Shown one piece after another: positions 51,520 through 61,697 of a stretch of 64,000 nucleotides of DNA; positions within the stretch are counted from its first letter, which is position 1, and the number at the start of each line of letters is the position of its first letter. Under the pieces are notes generated by a model. That model searched no databases, was not told where the DNA came from, and was given only the letters and a program-made list of their open reading frames with translations. The position numbers and the translations under genes are program-made. Source of the stretch: Candidatus Latescibacterota bacterium (GTDB taxonomy: Bacteria > Latescibacterota > UBA2968 > GCA-2709665); contig CAXXXF010000016.1 of NCBI GenBank assembly GCA_963667175.2, forward strand, positions 128,001 through 192,000, given 5' to 3'.

Positions 51520-52119
51520 ATGCGCGGCGAACTACCGACCATTCTCATATCCCCCGATGAACTCCGGGAGAGGGTTCGTAAGCTGGGCGCCCGAATATCG
51601 GCGGACTTCCGCGCCGAGGGCGCTTTCCGGCCGAAGGACTCGAACGCCGGTGAAGAGCGGCTGAGGGACGGGACGTCGCCGTCTCTCATCCTTGTCGGCG
51701 TACTCAAAGGCGCCCTCTTCTTCCTGGCCGATCTGTCCCGGGAGATCTCGGTACCGGTCGAGATCGAAACCATGTCCGTAGCCAGCTATGGCACGTCGAC
51801 GCGGAGCTCGGGCGTTGTGCGGATCCTCAAGGATCTCGATAGGGACATCTCCGGCGCGGACGTACTTCTTGTGGAGGACATTGTGGATACCGGCCTGACG
51901 ATGGAGTACCTGTTGCGCACTCTGGACAGCAGGCGCCCCCGAAGCCTGAAGGTCTGCAGTCTGCTGGATAAACCCGCCCGTCGAGTCGCGGACGTGCCCA
52001 TCGACTACGTGGGATTCTCCATCCCGGACGAGTTTGTCGTGGGCTACGGCCTGGACTACGACCAGCGATACCGAAATCTCCCGTATATCGCGGCATTGAA
52101 GAATTTTCAAACGTCATAA
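51520..52119 (+). CDS. hpt: Hypoxanthine phosphoribosyltransferase
   Basis: VGVLKGA, LLVEDIVDTGLT, FVVGYGLDY..YRNLP. Confidence 0.95.
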   Translation: MRGELPTILISPDELRERVRKLGARISADFRAEGAFRPKDSNAGEERLRDGTSPSLILVGVLKGALFFLADLSREISVPVEIETMSVASYGTSTRSSGVVRILKDLDRDISGADVLLVEDIVDTGLTMEYLLRTLDSRRPRSLKVCSLLDKPARRVADVPIDYVGFSIPDEFVVGYGLDYDQRYRNLPYIAALKNFQTS

Positions 52120-52280
52120 CGACGGCTTTCTCAACGCCCCGGAAGGAAACCGCACACTGGTGTCATGTCGGAGTTGCTTCGCTGCCTGAAACGTGGTCAT
52201 TGAGCTTGTCGCGAAATGCCCGCGTTTCACGATCCGAAAAAAGGCCGAATTCAGGCAATCTATCTACGGGGAAGAACGCT

Positions 52281-53024
52281 CTAGGTTCCGCGATTCCGGT
52301 CGGGTTCCGCCAACAAACGATTCACGGACGTGAACAACCCTTCAACCATGTGTTCCGTAAGCCTTCCCGTATTTATATTGTAACGGCTGAAGTGGTAACT
52401 GGCAATCAGAATCCGGGAATCACGGTCGAAACGGTAGATCCTTCCGTGCATAAAACGGTATCCTGCCATCTTCTGGATGATGCCGTCCGCCCGCAACAGG
52501 CGCAGCCAGGCTTCAAACGCGTCTCTCCCCATCGCCAGTACAACCCGAATCCGTCTTAACTGTTCCGTTTCCATTTGCAGCCAGCCCAGGCAGGCGCGCT
52601 TCTCGCTGCCGTTCGGCCTGTTCGCGGGCGGGACGCACTTAACGGCGTTGGTAATGTAGACGTTATTGAGTTTCAAGCCGTCGTTCGGGTGGGTGGACTC
52701 CGGCTGATTGCAGAATCCGTGCCGGTAAAGCGCCCCGTACAGCACCCGCCCGGCCCAGTCGCCTGTAAACGGCCTGCCGGTACGGTTCGCGCCGCGGGCC
52801 CCCGGGGCAAGACCGATAACGAGCAGACGTCCGGACGCATCGCCGAAACCGGGCACCGGTTTTGCCCAGTAGCCGCCGGCATTCCCGGTCCGCCTATCCG
52901 TGGAAACGAACGTAGCGCGGTAGTCCACCAGCCGCTCACACCTGGCGCAGTCTGCAATCTGCTCGAAGAACACCCTTTCCGCGCCCGCCTCGCCGCACAC
53001 CCCGCGCTGCGGTCCCACGCCCAT
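52281..53024 (-). CDS. Uracil-DNA glycosylase (family 5, UdgB-like)
   Basis: CARC..PVPGFGD..GLAPG..GANRTGRPFTGD. Confidence 0.9.
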   Translation of the reverse strand: MGVGPQRGVCGEAGAERVFFEQIADCARCERLVDYRATFVSTDRRTGNAGGYWAKPVPGFGDASGRLLVIGLAPGARGANRTGRPFTGDWAGRVLYGALYRHGFCNQPESTHPNDGLKLNNVYITNAVKCVPPANRPNGSEKRACLGWLQMETEQLRRIRVVLAMGRDAFEAWLRLLRADGIIQKMAGYRFMHGRIYRFDRDSRILIASYHFSRYNINTGRLTEHMVEGLFTSVNRLLAEPDRNRGT

Positions 53025-53036
53025 CGCGCCGCCTAC

Positions 53037-53070
53037 GAAAAAGAGGCGGTCCCGTCGGGCCGCCTCTTTC
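53037..53070 (-). terminator. Rho-independent terminator
   Basis: aaagaggcgg..ccgcctcttt stem with a T run on the minus strand, after the glutaredoxin gene. Confidence 0.75.
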
Positions 53071-53095
53071 GAAATTGCGAATTGAATCCGATTGG

Positions 53096-53458
53096 TTAGC
53101 TTCCCGGCCTGTTATTGAAAAAAACCGCCTGTTGCGACCGGGCCATGGCCTCGTGTTCCTCGTCGGTACAAGAACTGTCGGTGGGAACATCGGGATCGGG
53201 GCCAGCGGGCCGGTATCCGCCTCGAACCAGATAGGCTTCCAATTCGTCGCCGCTGATGTCGGCCAGAATCTGTCCGTTGAAATCGAGGGTCGGCTGCAGC
53301 GGTTGCCCGCTCTTCCGCACCATTTCCTCGTAATTCTCCGGAACGTTGATAATATCCTTGTCTTCGTACTCGAGCCCGTATTTGGCCAGTACCGCCCGGA
53401 TGCCCCGGCTCCACCCGCATTGGGGTTTGAGATACGCGGTAATCGTGGGATTACCCAT
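53096..53458 (-). CDS. Glutaredoxin-like protein
   Basis: YLKPQCGWS, KSGQPLQP. Confidence 0.8.
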   Translation of the reverse strand: MGNPTITAYLKPQCGWSRGIRAVLAKYGLEYEDKDIINVPENYEEMVRKSGQPLQPTLDFNGQILADISGDELEAYLVRGGYRPAGPDPDVPTDSSCTDEEHEAMARSQQAVFFNNRPGS

Positions 53459-53631
53459 TCGAGACTCTCCTTTTCCTTGAATTAGCCACCGGAACACGAT
53501 GATTTCCTCTGTCATCTAACATAACGAACTTCGCCGTAATTTGCAAGTCCAATCGCCTTTTGTGCGGACCGTCCGGGTTCTTCCGGGCGCACAGTGCCGA
53601 ATATTCGTGGCAGCGGTTGACGCCACGCGGG

Positions 53632-53934
53632 TTACTCCGCGGCATTCACCGCATCGGCAAAATCGAGGTCCGCTCGGGTGACGGCGTTTTCGCTATGCGT
53701 CGTTACCGTAACCGTCAGGGTCTTCTTCCTGCTGTCAAGATGGATGTCCGAGTGATGGTTGTTGGTGTCCATGACCTGTGTAAGCGTGCGCACAAAGGCC
53801 ATCGTGGGGACGAACTTCTGAAATCTCCATATTCGGTGAAGCGCCTTGCTTTCCCGATCGTATTCCCACCCCTCCAGATCCTTCAGGGCTTCCAGGATCT
53901 GCTCCTCCGTCACCAGGGTTTTGTCCTCGCGCAT
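53632..53934 (-). CDS. Pterin-4-alpha-carbinolamine dehydratase
   Basis: NHHSDI, TTHSENAVTRAD. Confidence 0.85.
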   Translation of the reverse strand: MREDKTLVTEEQILEALKDLEGWEYDRESKALHRIWRFQKFVPTMAFVRTLTQVMDTNNHHSDIHLDSRKKTLTVTVTTHSENAVTRADLDFADAVNAAE

Positions 53935-54084
53935 AACCGCCTCCCTTGAAAATGACAACCCATGACATATTGCGTTAGACCGCGCCTTCCGCGCCAGTCG
54001 ACCTGAATGCCTGTCGTCCGTAACCCGTCCCAAAGGGACCGGCGTCCGGTTCGGGAGACAATATACCAGGAATTCACAGGACGA

Positions 54085-54726
54085 TCAATCCCCGCGGAGG
54101 TTCCCGGCAACTCCCAGCGCCCGCTCATATTCTTCCGGGGTATTGATGTTTCGCAGCGAATCCAGTTCTGGATCCACGCCCCTCAACTCGGGCGCGGACA
54201 AGCGGCGGCAGTCACAACGTTCCGCCAGCATCGTGAGTCTGAAAGCGCCGGTATCCAACATGTCCTGAATCGCCGGGAGTACGGACACCCGATAGACGGC
54301 GGCAAGCGGGTGCAGACGACCGTCTACGTACGGCATGGTGATATCGGCTTCGCAGGCCAGACGCGCAAGGCGCCGAACAAAATCAGGGCGCAGAAACGGC
54401 GCATCGCAACCGCACACGAACGCCGCATCGGCGTGCCGGGAAATGGCTTCAAGACCCGTCGCCATCGCCTCCAGAGGCCCCCTGCCCGGCAGCCGATCCC
54501 GGATGACGCCCACGTTGTCGGGAAGGCCCGGCAGTCTCTGTCCCTGCGCCGCAACCACAAGAACCGGATCCAGCGTGCCGGCGAGCACACGAACCACGCG
54601 CTGCAGCAGCGTTTCTTCGCCGAAGCGCAGCCAGGCCTTGGGTGATCCCATCCGTCGGCTCTGTCCGCCGCACAGCACGATGCCGCCAAGCGAGATCACG
54701 CCCTCTTCGGCGTCCATAGCGGCCAC
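54085..54726 (-). CDS. mobA: Molybdenum cofactor guanylyltransferase
   Basis: VLCGGQSRRMG.PKA, GPL, CDAPF, NINTPEE. Confidence 0.92.
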   Translation of the reverse strand: MAAMDAEEGVISLGGIVLCGGQSRRMGSPKAWLRFGEETLLQRVVRVLAGTLDPVLVVAAQGQRLPGLPDNVGVIRDRLPGRGPLEAMATGLEAISRHADAAFVCGCDAPFLRPDFVRRLARLACEADITMPYVDGRLHPLAAVYRVSVLPAIQDMLDTGAFRLTMLAERCDCRRLSAPELRGVDPELDSLRNINTPEEYERALGVAGNLRGD

Positions 54727-54738
54727 GGCCTGCTCCTC

Positions 54739-55686
54739 TCAGTCGTGCTTACTGCTTGCATAGTGGTTCTGCAACGGATCCAGGCCAAAGTCGTTCTCCA
54801 GGTCGCGCAGTACGGAGTGGACGTGGTTTGCGTCGTTCTGGGTGTTGTCGTATTCCACCAGATGGGTTGGGCCATGGATCCGGTAATAATGCTTCTCGCC
54901 GGGTTGTATCCCGCCGGCCCAGGCGAAGTGAAGACGGTCCACTCCCGCCTTTCGAATGCGCGCCAGATGAGCCTGCGCAAGGTCCGGCCGGAGGTTCGTT
55001 GCGTACACCTCCAGAATCCGCATCACCGATTCCTTCTGCGGCGGCGGCATTTCAGAAACGGGCAGACCCTCCGGATCGCCAATCCGCGCCGACCTGCTGT
55101 TTCGAGTGAGGATATCGCTGGGCGCATCCGCCGCGATCCGGACCGCGGCCTGCAGATCCCCGGGCAGCGTATTCAAAATGCCTCGCGCCAGGTCCTCTTC
55201 ATCGCGCAGCACGCGCCAGCCCTGCCGCTCTCCGGAGGGCACACGCGCCGGGTTCGCGCCCCAAAAGGCCGGTGTGGACGACACCTCTTTTTCCTCGCCG
55301 ACCGAAACCGTCAGGGACAGGTGATGACCGTCGATTCGCCAGCCCCAGGATCCTGTTCCCGATGCAAGATCGCCAAACAGCGTCAGAAAATACCCATCCG
55401 GGTCCCTCCGAAATCGCGAGGTCGTCTCCGCCTCGATCTGTCCGAGGATGCCCTCGAGAACCATGATGTCCAGCGCTTTCTGATATCCGTCGTCGCTGAG
55501 CGCGCATTTCAACAGACGATGGGCCGCGTCCCGCTGGGCCTGCGACATTTCCCTGAAAGGCACGCCGTTCCGCTCGACGGGTACGTAATTCCAGTTGAAA
55601 CGCTCTTCGTGTTCGAACGCAAACAGGATCCGCTTCCGTTGTTCCGCGGTGAGTTCGTTCATGAAATCCTGAGCTTTGCGCAGCAT
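54739..55686 (-). CDS. DUF3500 domain protein
   Basis: WGWRIDGHHLS, FWGANP, HFAWAG, YYRIHGP, NHVHSV.RD..NDFG. Confidence 0.85.
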   Translation of the reverse strand: MLRKAQDFMNELTAEQRKRILFAFEHEERFNWNYVPVERNGVPFREMSQAQRDAAHRLLKCALSDDGYQKALDIMVLEGILGQIEAETTSRFRRDPDGYFLTLFGDLASGTGSWGWRIDGHHLSLTVSVGEEKEVSSTPAFWGANPARVPSGERQGWRVLRDEEDLARGILNTLPGDLQAAVRIAADAPSDILTRNSRSARIGDPEGLPVSEMPPPQKESVMRILEVYATNLRPDLAQAHLARIRKAGVDRLHFAWAGGIQPGEKHYYRIHGPTHLVEYDNTQNDANHVHSVLRDLENDFGLDPLQNHYASSKHD

Positions 55687-55965
55687 GGTAACTCTCCCCG
55701 TGAGGGTACCTGTGGTCAAGAGTTGGTTCTCGCGATTGACGCCGTCAGTTGGACGAATCGCCTTCAGCCGCGTGGAATTCCGCGAAGTACTGCTGGTTGT
55801 TCGTCGTTTCGCTCGCTTTGAGCGCCACAAGGATAGGGGCCGGACGCGACGGCCGGGGGGCCGATTCGATGCTGGAAAGCCATGGTGTTTTCAAGTCGTC
55901 AAAAAAATCCCGAAACAACGCGCCCTCGGCTGTTACGGGATGGGTGGTCGGAATCGGAGCGACAG

Positions 55966-56988
55966 TCAGGCGGCAACACCCTCCATCTCCGTAACGTATT
56001 TGCCGTAACGCGCGGCGCCGTTACAGCTCGCCCTGTGGTAAAACATCTTTTGCGCCGCCGCCACGTTGGCAGCCTGACCCTTCCAGACGGCGCGGGCCGG
56101 ATCCTGTAACGCCCTCCCGTAAGAATAACTGAGTTCCCACGGGAAGCCGCCGATCTGATTCATCGCGTTCAGGTGCAACGTGGAGAGTTCCGGGCTCTGA
56201 CCCCCGGACAGAAATACCACACCCGGGACGGCCGCAGGAACCGTGCGCCGGAGGCACCGGACGGTCGCTTCAGCCACCTCCTGAACGCCCGCCTGTACCG
56301 GACAGTTGGCGCCGGACAATACCATGCTGGCTTTGAGCAAAGTACCTTCGAGAACGACCCCGTGCTCTCCCAACTCCGAAAACACGTTGCGTAACACCGA
56401 TTCGGTTGCCTGCTCGCACTGCTCGATAGTATGGTCGCCATCCATCAGCACTTCGGGCTCTACGATGGGCACAAGACCCACCTCCTGGCACTGGACTGCG
56501 TACCGCGCAAGGGCGTGGGCATTGGCCTGGATGCACGCACGCGTGGGAATCCCGCCGCCGATCGCGATGGCCGCCCGCCATTTGGCGAATCGGGCGCCAC
56601 TCTTGTGATACGCTTCCAACCGGCTCCGGAGTCCGTCCAGACCCTCGGTTATCTGTTCATCCGGAAATCCCGCCAACGGCACGAGCCCGGTGTCCGCCTT
56701 GATACCGGGAATCATCCCCCGGTCGGTCAGCAACCTGGGAAACGGCACGCCGCCGATCGAGGCCGTGTTCAGCGTCTCCTCGAACAGAATGACGCCGCTG
56801 ATAAAATCCGCCAGGTCCGGTGTCGTGAACAACATATCGCGATACGCGCGCCGTGCTTCGGCTGTGGGTTCCACGCCGACGTCGGCAAAACGCTTCGTGA
56901 TGGTACCCATACTCTCGTCTGCCGCCAGAATTCCTCTGCCCGCGGGTACCAGTGCGCGAGCCGTGGCTTCGAGTTCCGCTCTTGACAT
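55966..56988 (-). CDS. Fructose-bisphosphate aldolase class I
   Basis: GILAADES, FAKWR, VPIVEPEV, FLSGGQS, SYGRALQ. Confidence 0.95.
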   Translation of the reverse strand: MSRAELEATARALVPAGRGILAADESMGTITKRFADVGVEPTAEARRAYRDMLFTTPDLADFISGVILFEETLNTASIGGVPFPRLLTDRGMIPGIKADTGLVPLAGFPDEQITEGLDGLRSRLEAYHKSGARFAKWRAAIAIGGGIPTRACIQANAHALARYAVQCQEVGLVPIVEPEVLMDGDHTIEQCEQATESVLRNVFSELGEHGVVLEGTLLKASMVLSGANCPVQAGVQEVAEATVRCLRRTVPAAVPGVVFLSGGQSPELSTLHLNAMNQIGGFPWELSYSYGRALQDPARAVWKGQAANVAAAQKMFYHRASCNGAARYGKYVTEMEGVAA

Positions 56989-57082
56989 CGACAACGACCT
57001 CACTTCCCGGTGATATACGGCATGCTTGCATATGCACCGTAGAATATACGTTATAATTGGACGCTGTCCAGCAGATTCGGGT

Positions 57083-58045
57083 CTATATTCTGGGGTCCGT
57101 GAGATCTTCGCCGGCCCCTTGTTCGGCATCCGGGGTATCAAACGTCCAAACGTCGTTGTAGACAGTGCTTCCCGCGATGGACCCGCTGTACCCGCCGAGC
57201 AGCCAGATCTTCTCCCGAAAGTCCAGGCACGGAAACGCGTGGCGAATCCCCCACGGCGCGGCGCGGTGACTGCGCTGCCACGTCCGGCCGTCGCGGGAAT
57301 ACCAGACGTCGTTCATATTGATTGCCGGCTCGATGGCCCCGCCGGCAATCCACATCTTGCCCGCGTATTTGAAGCAACTGTGGAACCGCCGGGGGTTCCA
57401 GCCCGCATGGGTAGCCTCCTGTTTCCACGATACGCCGTCCGAAGAACTCCAGACGTCGCTATGGTTGACACGGCGATCGTGATAATTTCCTCCTCCGAGA
57501 ATCCACATCCTGTTTCCGTGTTCGATGGCCGGAAACATGGCGCGCAAGGCCCATGGGGCGCGTTCCACAACCAGGTCCCACCGTTGCCCGTCTTCCGAGC
57601 ACCACACGTCGCTGTAATGGTCCTTCCGCTCCCAGTTGAGCCCGCCGAGAACCCAGATCCGGTTATCGTAGACCAGACTGCCGAACGCGCCGCGACACCC
57701 CCACGGGGCCTGATGTGTCACCCGATCCCAGTTTCGGCCGTCGCCAGAACACCAGATATCCCCGAACGTGTGAACGCCGTCGAATCCGCCCATCAACCAT
57801 ATTCGGCCTCGCAAGACCACGCAGCCCGCCAGATTCCGGGCAGGCCAGGGCGCCGCCGGCAGCAGGCATTCCCACGTCAGACCGTCGGTGGAACGCCAGA
57901 CGTCGTTCAGGCGCGGAAAGTTTCCGGGACCCAGCATCTGCCAGCCGCCGAGCAGCCAGATCTGATCCCCGAAGACCGCGGCTCCCGGTGAATCTCTGGG
58001 CGGCCACGGCGCGGAGCCGGTGATACGGTTCCAGGTCGCGGTCAT
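57083..58045 (-). CDS. Kelch/beta-propeller repeat protein
   Basis: About six repeats of APW..R..IW.LGG..DVW.S.DG..W. Confidence 0.85.
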   Translation of the reverse strand: MTATWNRITGSAPWPPRDSPGAAVFGDQIWLLGGWQMLGPGNFPRLNDVWRSTDGLTWECLLPAAPWPARNLAGCVVLRGRIWLMGGFDGVHTFGDIWCSGDGRNWDRVTHQAPWGCRGAFGSLVYDNRIWVLGGLNWERKDHYSDVWCSEDGQRWDLVVERAPWALRAMFPAIEHGNRMWILGGGNYHDRRVNHSDVWSSSDGVSWKQEATHAGWNPRRFHSCFKYAGKMWIAGGAIEPAINMNDVWYSRDGRTWQRSHRAAPWGIRHAFPCLDFREKIWLLGGYSGSIAGSTVYNDVWTFDTPDAEQGAGEDLTDPRI

Positions 58046-58187
58046 CCTGCGGGTGTGCCGCCCGAAAAACCCTTCAAGCTGCGGACTTCCCTTTTTTGTT
58101 TTCCAACGTCTCGCTTTTCCGATATATTTGACATCTGTCACGTCCGAAGTCGCGAATCGACGAAACCCGGGGCGCTGCCGCAATCCT

Positions 58188-59006
58188 ATGTACCGTACAC
58201 TCGTTTACGCCGTCTTCAGCCAGCTCGCCGTTGGCGGGTTGTTATCGATGCTGGTCGTTCCACTTGAAGCCGGCAGACGTTTTTTCCGGTTCTGCGCACT
58301 CGCCAGCCTCGTGTTTCTCCTCCTGGCCCTCACGCTGGGGCCTTACCCCGTCCTGACGCCATTGGAGAATGGCGCGACGGGCGGCTTGCTGCCCCGCTTG
58401 TTGTTGTCGACCTGCGCCCTGCTCGCCCTGGTCTATCTGCTTGTGGTTCTCGCCGAACGTATAAAGCCGCAGAAGCCACTGCTTGCAGCCGCGGGTCTGA
58501 CCGGCGCCGCCGGGTTGCTGTCGGACGGCTGGACTGCCTGCGCCGCGTGCCCTCCGTCATATGCGAGCCTGTTGACCGCGGCGTGTTATCTGATCTCCGC
58601 CCTGTTCCTCGGCAGCGTCATTTTCGCGATGATCCTGGGTCACTGGTACCTCGTGGTACCCGCGCTCCATATCCGGCCCCTTCGCGCCCTCACGCGATTG
58701 ATGCTCGGCGCGACGCTGGCCAAGGTGATGCTGACCGCGGCCACGATGTGCGCCTTCTGGGCGGACGGCGACACGTCGATACGCGAAACGCTGCGGTCTT
58801 TCTGGGGAATCGGCGGTCTATTCCTCTGGGTGAGGGTACTCTTCGGATTGCTGGGTCCGCTTATTGTGGGTTTTATGGTCTGGCAGACCGTGAAGATTCA
58901 CTCGACCCAATCGGCCACTGGCCTGCTATACGTGGCGACGATTTTTGTGCTGATCGGGGAGTGTGTTTCCGCCTATATTTTCTATACAACCACCATACCG
59001 GTTTAA
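58188..59006 (+). CDS. Polytopic membrane protein
   Basis: Multiple hydrophobic helices; AMILGHWYL and STQSATGLLY segments. Confidence 0.75.
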   Translation: MYRTLVYAVFSQLAVGGLLSMLVVPLEAGRRFFRFCALASLVFLLLALTLGPYPVLTPLENGATGGLLPRLLLSTCALLALVYLLVVLAERIKPQKPLLAAAGLTGAAGLLSDGWTACAACPPSYASLLTAACYLISALFLGSVIFAMILGHWYLVVPALHIRPLRALTRLMLGATLAKVMLTAATMCAFWADGDTSIRETLRSFWGIGGLFLWVRVLFGLLGPLIVGFMVWQTVKIHSTQSATGLLYVATIFVLIGECVSAYIFYTTTIPV

Positions 59007-59021
59007 CAGCCCGTTGGCCCC

Positions 59022-59510
59022 ATGGAAATCAGTTTCCGCTGTTGCGACTGCCAGGCCGTCAACCAGGTTCGGCCTTCGAAGGCCGAGACCTCGTGTACGG
59101 CCTGCGGCCGAACGTTCCCAATGGCGTTCTCGGAAAATATCTTACACGGCAATCAGGTCGACGTCTGCCCCCGATGCGAAAAGACCGACTTTTTCGTCCA
59201 AAGAGACTTCAACGGAAAAATCGGCCTGGCGATCGCGGTCCTCTTTGCCGTCGTTGGGCTGGTTTTCGTCGCGCTGGACCGCCCCATTTACTTCTACGTC
59301 TGTCTTTGCGCGGCCGCGATGATCGACCTTGCGCTGTACCTGTGCCTGCCGGAAATCACGATCTGCTACAGTTGCAAGACTGCTTTTCGGGGGGCTCGCA
59401 AAAACCCGAAGCATCAACCGTTCGACCTGCATATTGCAGATATGTACGACAACCGCACCCAGGGGATGACACGCGATGAAGCGGGGACGGCAACCGGTAG
59501 ACCGGGTTGA
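59022..59510 (+). CDS. Zinc-ribbon membrane protein
   Basis: Four CxxC pairs and two TM helices. Confidence 0.72.
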   Translation: MEISFRCCDCQAVNQVRPSKAETSCTACGRTFPMAFSENILHGNQVDVCPRCEKTDFFVQRDFNGKIGLAIAVLFAVVGLVFVALDRPIYFYVCLCAAAMIDLALYLCLPEITICYSCKTAFRGARKNPKHQPFDLHIADMYDNRTQGMTRDEAGTATGRPG

Positions 59511-59584
59511 CTGACGTCAACCGGCCCATTGCCTCTGCGGCAATTCCGGCGCCACAGCTGGTGTTCGTACCGGACTCGCGGCTG

Positions 59585-60154
59585 TCAATCCGCGGCGCCA
59601 AAGGCCAGTCCCAGGCTGATCCGGAAAGAGGAGTCCGCTTCGTCGTCGGCGATCATCATCTTGATTTCACCGAACCAGAGCATCCCGGGCCCGAACCGTC
59701 TGCGGAACCCGAGGGGAACGTTCAGGGTCACCTTCGTGTCCTCCGGGACATTCACGTTGATACCGCCGCCCTGCCCGTCGGGCTCGATAATGTCCCATCT
59801 CGACAGATGGACGCCGATTCCGCCGCCCACGTAGCCGAAAGTATCGCCCTGGCCAAAGATGAACTGGGCTTCGCCGTTAATGGAATAAACCCTCAGGGTG
59901 GGCTGGATAACCAGGTCCACACCGGGAACGAGACGGAGACGCGGAATGAAGATGGAACCGAAGTCGACGTGCCCGCCGACCGCCAGCCGGGCTGAGTCGA
60001 ATTCATACCCCACGTACTCCTGGGACTCCTGACGCGTCAGGTCCACACCAGCCTTCAGACCAAGCCCGCGCAAGCCGAGCGCGTCTGCCCGGCAGTGACC
60101 TAAAACCAGGCAGGCGGCAATCAGACCAAACGTCCACCTCGTACACTGACGCAT
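59585..60154 (-). CDS. Putative outer-membrane beta-barrel protein
   Basis: Signal peptide, amphipathic beta strands, C-terminal ISLGLAF. Confidence 0.65.
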   Translation of the reverse strand: MRQCTRWTFGLIAACLVLGHCRADALGLRGLGLKAGVDLTRQESQEYVGYEFDSARLAVGGHVDFGSIFIPRLRLVPGVDLVIQPTLRVYSINGEAQFIFGQGDTFGYVGGGIGVHLSRWDIIEPDGQGGGINVNVPEDTKVTLNVPLGFRRRFGPGMLWFGEIKMMIADDEADSSFRISLGLAFGAAD

Positions 60155-60236
60155 AGGGATGCCTCCCTGTTTCCGTTTTCGCCCGGCGGCGGGCGCCCCG
60201 TTCAGGCAATGTTTCACGTCGCCCGCAATCGCGCCA

Positions 60237-61328
60237 TTATGCGTTGAAGAGGAAGCGGATGACGTCGCCGTCCTGGACGGCATACTCCCTTCCTTCGGTG
60301 CGCATCCTGCCCGTTTCACGCAACCCGGCGACGCCGCCGGCGGCCAGGACGTCCTGGTAAGCGGCCACGTCCGCCCTGATGAACCCGCGCTCCATGTCCG
60401 AATGAACCCGCCCCGCGGCGGCTGGAGCCCGCGTGCCTTCAGGAACTTCCCAGGCCTGCAGCTTCTCGTTTGCCGTGGTGTAGAAAGCGATCAGCCCCAA
60501 CAGGGCGTAGCCCGCGCGAATCAGCCGGATTACACCCGGCTGCGCCAACCCCATGTCCGCCACAAAGACCTCACGGTCGGCAGGCGGCAATTCGGCGATC
60601 TCCGCTTCGATCTGTGCCGCCAGGACAAGGACGCGGTCGGCGCCGACCCTCTCCCCCAGCCTGGCCGTCGGGCCGCCCCCGTCAGGCAGATCCGATTCCG
60701 AGACGTTCGACGCGTACAACACGGGTTTGGCGGTAAGAAAGTTGAAGGGCTTCAGGACCTCCAACCGCGCTTCCGTCAGATCCTGATCTCTCAAGGGCAG
60801 AGACCGCCCCAGCCCTTCGATGGCCCCCCTGAGGGTTTCATACGCGAAGCGTTCAGGGGCGCGGGGATTGGAACGCAGGATGCCTTCGAGCCGGCGCGCG
60901 ATCCCTTCGGCCGATTCGAGATCGGCCAGTTCAAGCTCGGTTTCGACGGTTTCAACGTCCCTTACCGGATCGGCGATGCCATCCACGTGCGGCACGTTTT
61001 CGTTATCGTAGGCGCGGACGACGTGAACCAGCGCGTCGACCTCTCGAATCCGAGCCAGAAACCGGTTGCCCAGACCCTCGCCGCGACTGGCCCCCCGCAC
61101 CAGACCGGCAATATCCACAAACTGAACGAACGCGGGAACGCAGGCTTCGGGCGCGAGCAGTTCATTCAGCCGTTGAAGGCGCTCGTCCGGCACTTCCACG
61201 ACGCCCACATTCGGTTCAACGGTACAAAAGGGATAATTCGATGCTTCGACGCCGGCCCTGGTGAGCGCATTGAAGAGGGTCGACTTGCCCGCGTTTGGCA
61301 GGCCGATGATGCCGATATTGAGGGCCAT
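60237..61328 (-). CDS. ychF: Redox-regulated ATPase YchF
   Basis: GLPNAGKSTLFNALT, NYPFCT, DIAGLV.GAS.GEGLGN, EGREY.V.DGD. Confidence 0.96.
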   Translation of the reverse strand: MALNIGIIGLPNAGKSTLFNALTRAGVEASNYPFCTVEPNVGVVEVPDERLQRLNELLAPEACVPAFVQFVDIAGLVRGASRGEGLGNRFLARIREVDALVHVVRAYDNENVPHVDGIADPVRDVETVETELELADLESAEGIARRLEGILRSNPRAPERFAYETLRGAIEGLGRSLPLRDQDLTEARLEVLKPFNFLTAKPVLYASNVSESDLPDGGGPTARLGERVGADRVLVLAAQIEAEIAELPPADREVFVADMGLAQPGVIRLIRAGYALLGLIAFYTTANEKLQAWEVPEGTRAPAAAGRVHSDMERGFIRADVAAYQDVLAAGGVAGLRETGRMRTEGREYAVQDGDVIRFLFNA

Positions 61329-61427
61329 ACTCGCTGGCAGGATACTGCGGACGCGTTCGCGCCCGAAAAAAAAACAGCCAGAGGCTAAACTTAATCCGCT
61401 GGCCGACAGAAAGTTGACCAACTAACG

Positions 61428-61694
61428 TTAAAGCCCGCCGCTGATGGCGGTGACAAAGTGGACCTCGCTTTCCGCCTCTACCCTCTGACGCATTCCGTCG
61501 TTGCTTACGATGCCGTCGATTGCAACCGCCAAACCGGGCCTGATACGGCCATCGTCACAGATCCGCTCCCTGATTCCCGGAAACTCAGCTTCGAGGTTCT
61601 CGATGACCTCCCGTATCGTCTCTCCCGGTACCTGAACCTGCTCCAGGCCGTCGGTGAGACGACGCATGAGAGACGGAATCCAGACCTCCGGCAT
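61428..61694 (-). CDS. MoaD/ThiS-family ubiquitin-like protein
   Basis: Beta-grasp pattern ending AISGGL. Confidence 0.82.
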   Translation of the reverse strand: MPEVWIPSLMRRLTDGLEQVQVPGETIREVIENLEAEFPGIRERICDDGRIRPGLAVAIDGIVSNDGMRQRVEAESEVHFVTAISGGL

Positions 61695-61697
61695 GGC

